From a virus (lineage: Duplodnaviria; Caudoviricetes), in IMG/VR virus record IMGVR_UViG_3300037851_001014, positions 1 through 64,000 of that record: a stretch of 64,000 nucleotides of DNA. One strand, 5' to 3'. Both the position numbers and the translations under genes were made by a program. A model generated the notes under the pieces. It did not search any database. It was given only the letters and a program-made list of their open reading frames with translations, and was not told where the DNA came from. Shown here piece after piece: positions 9,045-17,235 of this stretch. Position 1 is the first letter of the stretch, and each line of letters starts with the position of its first letter.

Positions 9045-9825
9045 GCTCCAACTCGGTCACGTCAAATCTATCCTCAAGTTTTTCCTTGAGTTCAGCAAGT
9101 TCTTCGGTAAGTTCTTCGCCGACAGTTCTGGTTATCATTATCTGCGTGATCGGGAAATGCATAAAGATAGCTGGCTGCCAGGACTCCACACCGATAGTTG
9201 GCGGAAATACCCGATAGTTCAGCCCATGCTTGTTTTTACGTACATAATTCCCACTAGCATTAAGCATTGCCTGAGTAATTGGTATCTCGCATGCCCAATG
9301 TGCAGAGCAATGATGTTCCCGGATGTACGACTGGTCGTGTACTGGATCTACGCGAGGTGGTGTTGCCCAGCAATGCCATTCCTGCGCACTGATGCCATCA
9401 AGTTCCGCCAGATATGCCGGAAGTCCGTGCTGATGTATTAGCAACCATTCACTATATCCTGGAATAAGTTTATCAAAATCCAAATTTGGACTTACCTTAC
9501 GTGCCCAACCCTTTGACCGAACTTCTGTAAAGTAATCCATCTTGTAAGGATAATCCTTCATCCCTACAATATCTAAAACATCATTGATGTCAGGACCATC
9601 ATCAAACAAACGGGCAACGTGGAAACCCTCAGCACTGTCATCATCAATAATACGGGGCCATATTTCAACCCCCAGAGAGCTCATTCCAGTAATATCTACA
9701 GGAATAACTGGATCATAAATCAAATCACTAACAGGAATTCCGTATGGAGACAAGGGACAAATAATGTAAACACTGTCCTCCTGAATATCTCCGCAACCTT
9801 TGTCAATTGCTCCCAATGTTGCCAT
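9016..9825 (-). CDS. conserved hypothetical phage protein (xGCG...Y N-terminal motif family)
   Basis: 269 aa; KGCG...VY...P.G.P, DYP...DY..EV...G..RKV...DF.KL resemble a widespread uncharacterised phage family (from memory). Confidence 0.75.
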   Translation of the reverse strand: MATLGAIDKGCGDIQEDSVYIICPLSPYGIPVSDLIYDPVIPVDITGMSSLGVEIWPRIIDDDSAEGFHVARLFDDGPDINDVLDIVGMKDYPYKMDYFTEVRSKGWARKVSPNLDFDKLIPGYSEWLLIHQHGLPAYLAELDGISAQEWHCWATPPRVDPVHDQSYIREHHCSAHWACEIPITQAMLNASGNYVRKNKHGLNYRVFPPTIGVESWQPAIFMHFPITQIMITRTVGEELTEELAELKEKLEDRFDVTELELDGSDTYEL

Positions 9826-10018
9826 TTAGGATCTCCTTTACAGCACTCTGTGCTCGACAATATGCACATGGCGAACCCAGAAGATCAGACTCGCTTGTAC
9901 ACTCACATTCAACGTGGAATTCATCAGCTAAGTACTCAAAGGCCTCGTACCACCTTTTTTCATCCATGCTTGCCAGATGTTCTAGCAGAGCAACCAAGAG
10001 GTAAACAGGACTTATCAT
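9803..10018 (-). CDS. hypothetical protein with CxC/CxxC
   Basis: 71 aa, CECTS...PCAYC. Confidence 0.55.
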   Translation of the reverse strand: MISPVYLLVALLEHLASMDEKRWYEAFEYLADEFHVECECTSESDLLGSPCAYCRAQSAVKEILNGNIGSN

Positions 10019-10103
10019 TGTGTATATTTTCTCCTAATAACACTTACCGAATTGTAACTCATATAGCCTATCCTGTCAAGAGAAATTCAGATATAATCTG
10101 AAT

Positions 10104-10673
10104 ATGGATATAACAGGAGTACAAGAACGACGGATAGCCCAAGTAACAGCAGTTTTGAGGCTAACGTTGTTGGGTCACTCAGTAGTAGATGCCTGCAAGG
10201 AAACTGGCATAGACGCAGCCACCTACTATCGCTGGCTTAAATCTGGATTGCCAGAGATCGAAAGTTTTCGGGCAACCATCCAGGCAGCACAAGAAACACA
10301 ACTGCTTGAACTTCTGGTTGCCCAGCAACGCGGTCTCCAGGACATAGTCAAAGCAATTGAGGATCCAGACTTGCCCATTATGCGCAAGCTCACTCTCATG
10401 ACCTATATTGACGATGCGATTGCTGAACGCCAGAAAGCCCTGGGCGTTAAGTCAACTGCAGACAATGCTGAGGAATACATTCAGCTTACCGGACCCGTGA
10501 CATCCATTGCAACTGGCAAGCAGTTAGTTGATCCTGAAATGTCACGCAGTCACACAATCAATATCAAACCCCAAGCTGATGGATCGGTAGATCTAACTCT
10601 CTTTGAACAGTCCAGAATTATCGATCTTCTACCAAAGTCACCAGAACATGAGCCAGATTTACCTGACTCTTAG
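10104..10673 (+). CDS. HTH protein, terminase small subunit-like or regulator
   Basis: N-terminal VVDACKETGIDAATYYRWLK HTH plus helical body; the only convincing + strand gene in the left arm. Confidence 0.7.
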   Translation: MDITGVQERRIAQVTAVLRLTLLGHSVVDACKETGIDAATYYRWLKSGLPEIESFRATIQAAQETQLLELLVAQQRGLQDIVKAIEDPDLPIMRKLTLMTYIDDAIAERQKALGVKSTADNAEEYIQLTGPVTSIATGKQLVDPEMSRSHTINIKPQADGSVDLTLFEQSRIIDLLPKSPEHEPDLPDS

Positions 10674-10944
10674 CGACTTCGTATTTCACCGTTTCTGCCT
10701 TTAGCCTGGTTTTTTCATTCAGCAAAATTTCTCGTTCTTCCATAGTGTATCCCTTTAGCTGAGCATCACGGACCATATCGTTCTTCCCATCAATGATCCC
10801 ATTCAGAATAAACTCAACTTCCTTATTGGCCAAGTTGAACTCAGCACGCATAACCGCTACGGATGCAGCAATCATAGCCGAAAAGCTTAATTCAAGTTCA
10901 TTGTGCAGCGCTACTAAATGATCAGTAGTAGTAATCTTGTTCAT
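10618..10944 (-). CDS. hypothetical protein
   Basis: 108-aa helical ORF. Confidence 0.6.
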   Translation of the reverse strand: MNKITTTDHLVALHNELELSFSAMIAASVAVMRAEFNLANKEVEFILNGIIDGKNDMVRDAQLKGYTMEEREILLNEKTRLKAETVKYEVAKSQVNLAHVLVTLVEDR

Positions 10945-11039
10945 TGTTCCTCTTTTCTTCCCCGCATAGTTCTGGCTAAAAACATGAGCAAATAATCATC
11001 AGGATCAAAAATTATTTCGATCCATAAATTTTCCAAAAG

Positions 11040-11076
11040 TGGACTGGAGGCTGAAATTAACCCAGCCTCCAGTCCA
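11040..11076 (-). terminator. rho-independent terminator after ssb
   Basis: Perfect 14-bp inverted repeat TGGACTGGAGGCTG/CAGCCTCCAGTCCA with 9-nt loop, followed on the - strand by CTTTT, 8 nt after the ssb stop. Confidence 0.8.
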
Positions 11077-11084
11077 AATTTTAC

Positions 11085-11513
11085 TTAGAAGGGAACGTTC
11101 TCGTCTTCCATCTGCGCGGCAACAGGATCAGGATAGCCATTACCATTGCTAATGCCACCCTCATCCTCGCCACGAGAAGAGAGAAAGCGCACGGTGTTGG
11201 CGGTGACTTCGAAATTGGCGCCCGGTCCATTTTGCCCCTGCCAGATCTTGGGTCCGCCCGTCTTGGGGTCAGGATTTAGCCGTCCCTCTACCAGCACCTT
11301 GCTGCCTTTGCGCAGGTACTGGTTGCAGGTCTCGGCTGTCTTGCCCCAGGTGGATACGCGGAACCAGATGGTTTCTTTGACCAGGTTGCCGTCCGAGCCG
11401 GTGTACTGGCGGTTGGTGGCGACGTTGAAGTTCGTCACCGCCTGACCGCTGGGGGTGTAGCGCATTTCGGGATCGCGGCCGAGATTCCCGACAATTATGA
11501 TGGTGTGGTACAT
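11085..11513 (-). CDS. ssb: single-stranded DNA-binding protein
   Basis: IIVGNLGRDPEMRYTPSGQAV..F.VAT, WFRVSTWGKTAE, KGSKVLVEGRL OB fold; acidic C-tail ending VPF. Confidence 0.98.
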   Translation of the reverse strand: MYHTIIIVGNLGRDPEMRYTPSGQAVTNFNVATNRQYTGSDGNLVKETIWFRVSTWGKTAETCNQYLRKGSKVLVEGRLNPDPKTGGPKIWQGQNGPGANFEVTANTVRFLSSRGEDEGGISNGNGYPDPVAAQMEDENVPF

Positions 11514-11528
11514 ATTTTTACATACTCC

Positions 11529-11741
11529 TTATTTAGCAGGTTTACCGAGCCATACTTGGCCACGGAGACCACCGGGAAATCCCTGATGGCCATTAGTGTT
11601 CGCGACAGCAATCTTATCACCCTTACTCGAAAGACCAAGTTCGATGCTGGGATCAACCACAATCACAAGCATCCCATCCACGATGGTAGCTTTGACATTT
11701 CCGCCAACAACAATCATATTGTTTAAATCAATAGTAATCAT
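11529..11741 (-). CDS. small conserved phage protein
   Basis: 70 aa, LVIVVDPS.ELGLSSKG.KIAVANT.G beta-rich motif. Confidence 0.7.
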   Translation of the reverse strand: MITIDLNNMIVVGGNVKATIVDGMLVIVVDPSIELGLSSKGDKIAVANTNGHQGFPGGLRGQVWLGKPAK

Positions 11742-11772
11742 GTTTTGTATTTTCCTTATTCAGTTCACAGAC

Positions 11773-11964
11773 TTATGAACATTCCTTCATCACCAAGAGA
11801 TTGATCTCCCGATCAACACGCTGCAAGCAGCTCAATAACGTTATTCCAACTGAACTTATTTCATAATCACCTCCATCAAAAACAACCAGATAGTTTTGAT
11901 CGGCAAGCATCTTGATATTCAAGTCGCCTATCTTCAACAAAGCCAGAACCAGATCTTCAATCAT
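11773..11964 (-). CDS. hypothetical protein
   Basis: 63-aa ORF. Confidence 0.5.
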   Translation of the reverse strand: MIEDLVLALLKIGDLNIKMLADQNYLVVFDGGDYEISSVGITLLSCLQRVDREINLLVMKECS

Positions 11965-12024
11965 TGTAATTTGACAGGTGCCCAGAGCACCCTCCTGCTG
12001 CGAAAATAGAGGAGGAAAGGTAAC

Positions 12025-12330
12025 TTATAGTAACTCCACAAGGGCTTTCCAGTCCCCCGTGTATTCCCCCTCTTCATAAAGAGTTGTTATTGCCACAAAC
12101 TTTTTCATTTCATGCTCGGTAAAGCCATTTTTGGGGATTCGATAAATAGGCTCACCATTATTCCATCCCCCACTACAACTACATCTCCTATCCCCATGCC
12201 CACAATGGTGGTTCTGGCAGCCATAGCTATCATAACCATAATAATCCCCCGGCTGGCACTTGGAGAAATCATCTAGTGTATGGATTTTTAGTGCATACCG
12301 TGCTATTTCAAGTGTATCTTTTGTAATCAT
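12025..12330 (-). CDS. Cys/His-rich hypothetical protein
   Basis: 101 aa, CQNHHCGH...CSC; GGAG upstream. Confidence 0.65.
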   Translation of the reverse strand: MITKDTLEIARYALKIHTLDDFSKCQPGDYYGYDSYGCQNHHCGHGDRRCSCSGGWNNGEPIYRIPKNGFTEHEMKKFVAITTLYEEGEYTGDWKALVELL

Positions 12331-12425
12331 CTTCTCTACTACTCCTGTTCTGAATATACCTGGTCCATCAATACGGATTCTTTCGTATCTTCTGCCACAT
12401 TGTTCGAAATGGATTCATTGTATGT

Positions 12426-13250
12426 TTATCCTGAAGAATTTACCATGCGCTTGTATCCACAATCCGGGCACCAGTAGCAATGGTCAAAATTGTCGAAGGG
12501 ATTAAATCCCAGATCTCTTGCTTCTTTGCCATAAACCTCCCTGCTATTAGGATGCGAGCATCCTAGTCTGAAGAACCTAACCTTGAATACTCCATCACCC
12601 CATTGAGCAGGAAAATAATTTCCCTTGCCCATGAGATCGCTCTCGTATCTACGCGACTGATATCGCTCAGCTGCAGCCAGAGCGTAATGTGGAAAGAAGT
12701 AGTAATGGACATTCCAATGATTGTCCAATCCATCCCATCCACCTGCGCCAGTATATTTTTTCTGAACGTAAATGGTATCTGCGGATATTTTATATTCACC
12801 CTTCATCCAAGCTATGCGCGGATGAACATTTGCCTCACTAGCAGACACACAAACACCCGCAGGCACAAAACTTGCATACTGTCGTATAAATACGTCTACT
12901 GGAAACTCTAAGGGTATTCCCATAAGCAAATGATCTCCTACGGACTTATAATAAAACCGTGGATTTGCCATAAGCGGACCCTTGCCCCAATCCAAGTAGA
13001 GCTGACTGAAACTCATACCAATCATTCCATAATCAGCAGCAACTAACCTGAGAAGGAACTCATGGTACTCGATCTCAACATGGGGATCTGGTAGCCTTTG
13101 CTCCTGCGGCCACTTGAGCCCAATATACTCAGGCTTGTACTGGCTATCGCTAATAATTCTACTGAATCTATCGTTCGTTTGCATAATACTCTCCAACGTC
13201 ACTATCGATCTTTTTAAGGCATTCTTCCAGTGAAGGTGCGCTCCACGCAA
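12426..13250 (-). CDS. hypothetical protein with C-terminal Zn finger
   Basis: 274-aa ORF, GCSH...CYWCPDCG; true start may be MQTND. Confidence 0.75.
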   Translation of the reverse strand: MRGAHLHWKNALKRSIVTLESIMQTNDRFSRIISDSQYKPEYIGLKWPQEQRLPDPHVEIEYHEFLLRLVAADYGMIGMSFSQLYLDWGKGPLMANPRFYYKSVGDHLLMGIPLEFPVDVFIRQYASFVPAGVCVSASEANVHPRIAWMKGEYKISADTIYVQKKYTGAGGWDGLDNHWNVHYYFFPHYALAAAERYQSRRYESDLMGKGNYFPAQWGDGVFKVRFFRLGCSHPNSREVYGKEARDLGFNPFDNFDHCYWCPDCGYKRMVNSSG

Positions 13251-13413
13251 ATATCAAGTCATATGTATAAGCATAGACCTCAACCGAAAATACAGGCCCC
13301 TCCTAATAGTAGTTAATTCGCATATCGCCCACAGTTGTGAGCAGACTAAGCAAAAGATCCATATTGCTGTTCCTCGACATTGTTTTTGTTCCTCTTGCAC
13401 CTGGTATTCAATT

Positions 13414-13584
13414 TCACTGGGTTTCCGTTACTCTGGCACCTAGACAATCGCGTAGAGATTTATCCTCATGCTGGATCCAATAGAATTCCTTACTATGAAC
13501 AATCCGCCTGATAGGCTTACCGCAAATAGGGCAAGGTTTGCCCTTAGTCAAGACCCAACGAGCAAACCAATCAGCCAGAGACAT
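13414..13584 (-). CDS. small Zn-ribbon-like protein
   Basis: Not in ORF track; MSLADWFARWVLTKGKPCPICGKPI...HED....C, 56 aa, directly follows the upstream stop. Confidence 0.55.
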   Translation of the reverse strand: MSLADWFARWVLTKGKPCPICGKPIRRIVHSKEFYWIQHEDKSLRDCLGARVTETQ

Positions 13585-13956
13585 TTAACAGTAATCCTTG
13601 AGTGCCTTTTCAACCCATTCTTGTGGCACAGTATCCTGAACTACAATACAACGGACTGGCGTACTCTCCGAATTTGCTTTAGTTCGCAAATCATTTACTG
13701 GTCTACCTTTGACGATACGCCAGTAACGCACAAAGTAACAGTCAAGTGGACCAAAAGCAGAACTACGACATGGTCCACTTACAATAAACCCAGGTTGAGA
13801 TCCATTTGGATAATCAAATGCTAGTGGGTCTTCAATATGATCGGGCTTATAAATAACCTGATCGCCTCGATGCAAATTGCTATTTGCCTTATGTAACTTT
13901 GTGCTCATTAAGTCAAATTGATTTCCACATCCATAAGTAATGAGTTGAAGTCTCAC
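13585..13956 (-). CDS. hypothetical phage protein
   Basis: 123 aa, GD.VIY.P...QPGFIVS...YFVRYW...LRTKANSE; RBS GGAGG upstream. Confidence 0.7.
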   Translation of the reverse strand: MRLQLITYGCGNQFDLMSTKLHKANSNLHRGDQVIYKPDHIEDPLAFDYPNGSQPGFIVSGPCRSSAFGPLDCYFVRYWRIVKGRPVNDLRTKANSESTPVRCIVVQDTVPQEWVEKALKDYC

Positions 13957-13977
13957 TTACCATTCCTCCATAATCAC

Positions 13978-14391
13978 TTACTTCACATATCCTGCATTTT
14001 GCAGGTATTTCCATACCTGCTGCAGTGTCCGCATTTTATCTTTGAAAAAAGCAGTAACTAGCTTGCCTTCTTCGTAAATCGCAATTCCCCACTTCTCATC
14101 TATCTTGCAGACAAATGCTGTACGAGAGGTATTAGGGTTCCACCAAGTTTCTTGCATACCACCTGATCGGCAAACCCGATCAATCTCCAGTACATCATAA
14201 CCATGCCTCTCTACTGCATGGTCGGTAGTTGCCATCACTTGAGGTAAACCACCAGCCATAATCATAAAGAGCATTACAGCAACAACCAACGATAGGAATA
14301 GCAACAAAACACTACCACCACCAGAGCGGTGATAAGTTTCTTCGGTCACAACACCGCGCTGATCCCACTTTGTAGCGAATTGTTTAGCCAT
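13978..14391 (-). CDS. single-TM protein with possible BECR/DUF4258-like RNase domain
   Basis: Hydrophobic segment VLLLFLSLVVAVMLFMIM, then TDHAVERHG ... IAIYEEGKLVTAFF. Confidence 0.55.
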   Translation of the reverse strand: MAKQFATKWDQRGVVTEETYHRSGGGSVLLLFLSLVVAVMLFMIMAGGLPQVMATTDHAVERHGYDVLEIDRVCRSGGMQETWWNPNTSRTAFVCKIDEKWGIAIYEEGKLVTAFFKDKMRTLQQVWKYLQNAGYVK

Positions 14392-14706
14392 GATGAAATA
14401 CAATCCACCAAGCCTCATGAACAGCATGCCAAAACATACCTGGTCGGCTATTCCAAATTACAGCCCAGGCAAATGATAATCTGTCTCTCATTTTTTTCTC
14501 CCTACTTAGTAGCAATATGGAATACCACCTAAATCAAAAAATGTTCGAAAGAGATTGAGTTCATTCTATACATAGCACAAGCAAACAAATGGCTATTGTT
14601 ACTGCAAGCAACACATAGCCAATGCAACCTTTCATTAAGAGAACCATGTTTGTAGATATTTATACTTATCAATTACCGTAATCTTCAACATTATATTGTG
14701 CATGAT

Positions 14707-15042
14707 TTATCCTGGTACTTGTCTCTGCATCCAATCCACTTCACAAAGGAGTTCTTGGTTATCATAACCAAAAACATCCTCGTCACCACAGTCCACGCAT
14801 TTGCCACTCACAGGCAAAGGCAGACCAAGTTCTTTACGACCTTCTTCCAGTATTTTCTGAGAAAAGGGTCCAAATTCATTTTCCTCAAGGCATACTGGAT
14901 TGTAGGAAAAAACCCAATGCACATAACAGGCTAAACAGGTACATGAATACAAATGACCTGCTGCAATTTTTGTACAATTCCAGGAAAATTCCCTATCCGC
15001 TCTGGCTTTTTGCAACCATTCCTTATAAAGAGATAGGACCAT
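14707..15042 (-). CDS. hypothetical Cys-rich protein
   Basis: Likely start MVLSLY at 15042; CTCLAC, CVDCG...LCEVD. Confidence 0.6.
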   Translation of the reverse strand: MVLSLYKEWLQKARADREFSWNCTKIAAGHLYSCTCLACYVHWVFSYNPVCLEENEFGPFSQKILEEGRKELGLPLPVSGKCVDCGDEDVFGYDNQELLCEVDWMQRQVPG

Positions 15043-15256
15043 TTCCCTCGATCTCCTTACGGATCTCAGCGGTTTCAATTGCAGCCTCTTCATCCACCTT
15101 AGCCTGGATCTCTTTTGAGGCCGCAATTGCCATAGAGGCAGTCTTATATCGTGTATCCGCGTAACGAATCATTTTCCCCTTTACACGTGCTACAGGAATA
15201 TAAAACTTATTCCCATCAGACGTTTTGACCTTCAGATATCTATCTTTGTCTTCCAC
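15023..15256 (-). CDS. hypothetical protein
   Basis: 77-aa ORF overlapping neighbours. Confidence 0.6.
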   Translation of the reverse strand: MEDKDRYLKVKTSDGNKFYIPVARVKGKMIRYADTRYKTASMAIAASKEIQAKVDEEAAIETAEIRKEIEGNGPISL

Positions 15257-15665
15257 GTTTCTTCTCCTCGCATTCAGATGTTATCTGAATATTAATTTTC
15301 CTGGATGAGATAAACTGAGACACAAATTGCAAAAACCGTGTTTCATCACAGCCATAATGTCGAGTCTTGTTGCCATCTGGATAAACAGCAACAAGATACC
15401 CGTCTTCTCTGGAAATTGAAACGCCGGCTGCCTTGATCTCATTAATCCTAGCAATCATGTCTTGAACTTCGTCAGACCGAGCAATTGCTAATTCGAGCGT
15501 TTCAAGTTGCTCTTTTAGGTGCTCGTTCAGAATATTCAAAGTGCGGATCTTCCGCAGCTGGCGTTCATCATAACGTACTAGACGCTCCCGTACCTTAAGG
15601 TACAAGGACAGCCGCCCCTCACTCCAAGATGAAGTTAATACGGTAAGAAGAGTCTCGTATTTCAT
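15240..15665 (-). CDS. hypothetical coiled-coil protein
   Basis: 141-aa ORF. Confidence 0.65.
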   Translation of the reverse strand: MKYETLLTVLTSSWSEGRLSLYLKVRERLVRYDERQLRKIRTLNILNEHLKEQLETLELAIARSDEVQDMIARINEIKAAGVSISREDGYLVAVYPDGNKTRHYGCDETRFLQFVSQFISSRKINIQITSECEEKKRGRQR

Positions 15666-15723
15666 ATGTCAAGCAGAATTGACCAATCGGCAAAAATCCA
15701 ACTACTCCCATACTGTCTCTTGC

Positions 15724-16062
15724 CTACAGAATCTCGACAACATCGAAAGCCCCAACCGGCGAGATGCTATTCCTGCGCATGATGACAATAAATGGTCTGT
15801 ATCCCAGACCCACCCGCATGTGCTCCATCAGGAGCACAGCTACTGTCGACAACCCTGGCAGATGCACCAGGATTGTGGATCTATCGCCGATTAGGTATGG
15901 CAAAGATTGTTCGTAAACTTTGCGCACCTGCGGAGCAAGTGGCTTATCCAAATCCATCTGGCATGGAATATCAACCAACTGGACAGGACCCCTTTTCATC
16001 ATTTCTTCAACCTGACGGATTTGTTCCGCCGTCATGGCATGAGAAAAATTAATTAGAATCAT
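15724..16062 (-). CDS. csx15: Csx15-family (type III CRISPR accessory, ring-nuclease-like) protein, stand-alone
   Basis: MILINFSHAMTAEQIRQVE...IPCQMD...PLAPQV...ILVHLPG...LGYRPFI..MR...FDVVEIL aligns by eye with the Csx15 consensus as I recall it (ILLNFSHPLTxEQxxQIE...IPVQxD...PLxPQ...LVNPP...GxFPxIxRLR...FEVAEI). Confidence 0.8.
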   Translation of the reverse strand: MILINFSHAMTAEQIRQVEEMMKRGPVQLVDIPCQMDLDKPLAPQVRKVYEQSLPYLIGDRSTILVHLPGLSTVAVLLMEHMRVGLGYRPFIVIMRRNSISPVGAFDVVEIL

Positions 16063-16934
16063 TCTTGGTCTCCTCTATACGGAATGCATTCTCCTTCGAT
16101 CCATTCATCTCCATCCCATACTTGCCAGGAATTCCTGGCGTATGACCATATTGTTCCATGGTCCCCAAAGCCCACGGACTCTGGCACTTCTTCTCCCGGC
16201 GGGAGTGCAACCCACAGGAACTGGTCCTCCGGTCCTGTTTCACTCCCAAAGTAGTAAAACAGGAGCTTTGTCAGTACCATTCCCTTTGGAGGAATGGGAA
16301 CAAATTCCTTTACCGGCTCTAGCGAGGAGCCAGCTTTGTCTACCCACTCCGCCCACTCCCAGTCATCCAGACTAGGAACGCCACCTTCTGGAGTCCAATT
16401 CTCTGGGCTCTGAACCCGGAAATTTGTCTTCCCTCCACCACCCCTGGTGGTAGAGAAATTCCAGCCGGTTTCCGTCACGGCCAGAATCACATTCTGCATA
16501 TCCGGGTCCCAGTTCCTTGAACGATATCGTTCTGGTGTTTTTATATCCACCCAGAATACAATACCGCCGCCTTCCTGATATCTAAAGGCAGCCTCTCTCC
16601 GAGAACCTAACCACATACTGTGATCGTCCAAACAAAACCATGCTACACCATTGTAGTCCATGATTTCTTTACAAATAGGACACCTGGGATTGTCCTTCTG
16701 TCGATTGGCAGAGTCAGCCATCGCTAACTCCGCCATGATTGTGCCAAATCCTTTGGTCATTTTTTCTCCTATAAAAGTTACCACACGTGGACGAGGGCTA
16801 TGCGTCCAAACCGCCCATTCTTCTGTGCTGCCGGCACATTCTTTGCCACCAACGACGCTTGCCACCTTCACTGGGGTGGAGATTATCCCCAAGGTCAATA
16901 TACCCCACATAAAGTCCCTCGTGGTATATCTCAA
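16059..16934 (-). CDS. hypothetical protein with CxxC Zn finger, Trp/Pro-rich
   Basis: Long ORF with RCPICKE..WFCLDDH; true start probably internal (MTKG or MAEL). Confidence 0.7.
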   Translation of the reverse strand: MRYTTRDFMWGILTLGIISTPVKVASVVGGKECAGSTEEWAVWTHSPRPRVVTFIGEKMTKGFGTIMAELAMADSANRQKDNPRCPICKEIMDYNGVAWFCLDDHSMWLGSRREAAFRYQEGGGIVFWVDIKTPERYRSRNWDPDMQNVILAVTETGWNFSTTRGGGGKTNFRVQSPENWTPEGGVPSLDDWEWAEWVDKAGSSLEPVKEFVPIPPKGMVLTKLLFYYFGSETGPEDQFLWVALPPGEEVPESVGFGDHGTIWSYARNSWQVWDGDEWIEGECIPYRGDQE

Positions 16935-17013
16935 TCAGGGAGTCAATCGCCGAGGCATAACTGCTCAAGTACTTTATTGATTGCAGTTATGCTCTCATTG
17001 TTCTCCTGCCAGC

Positions 17014-17042
17014 ATGATACCGCACGGTATCTATGCTGTCAA
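17014..17042 (-). promoter_or_regulatory. sigma70-type promoter with a palindromic operator in the spacer
   Basis: - strand TTGACA (17042-17037), 17-nt spacer, TATCAT (17019-17014). Palindrome GATACCG-CA-CGGTATC overlaps the spacer and -10. Confidence 0.8.
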
Positions 17043-17044
17043 GG

Positions 17045-17202
17045 GTTCAGATAACATCTGAACTGTTGCAGCCGGTCGCCACAAACCCCTGGAGGTCTGG
17101 GCGACCGGCAGTTACCCCATGCGCTTCCAGTTAGAGCGAACTGGCACGTAAGCGCAGGTCAGGCGCAAGGGCGGTCGCCACACAAAAAACGGGCGACCGC
17201 CC
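17045..17202. other. cluster of four intergenic hairpins, two of them related
   Basis: GTTCAGAT/ATCTGAAC; GCCGGTCGCC/GGCGACCGGC; GCGCTT-CCAGTT/AACTGG-(bulge)-AAGCGC; GGGCGGTCGCC/GGCGACCGCCC. Confidence 0.8.
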
Positions 17203-17235
17203 ACAGGCTCTGGCTAACGAATCAAAGCTGCTAGA

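Noticed and set aside
17045-17202. CRISPR mini-array or solitary repeat unit
   Set aside because: The two units share only the stem arms, loops are 12-19 nt, and there is no GAAAC/ATTGAAA-type 3' end or constant repeat length.
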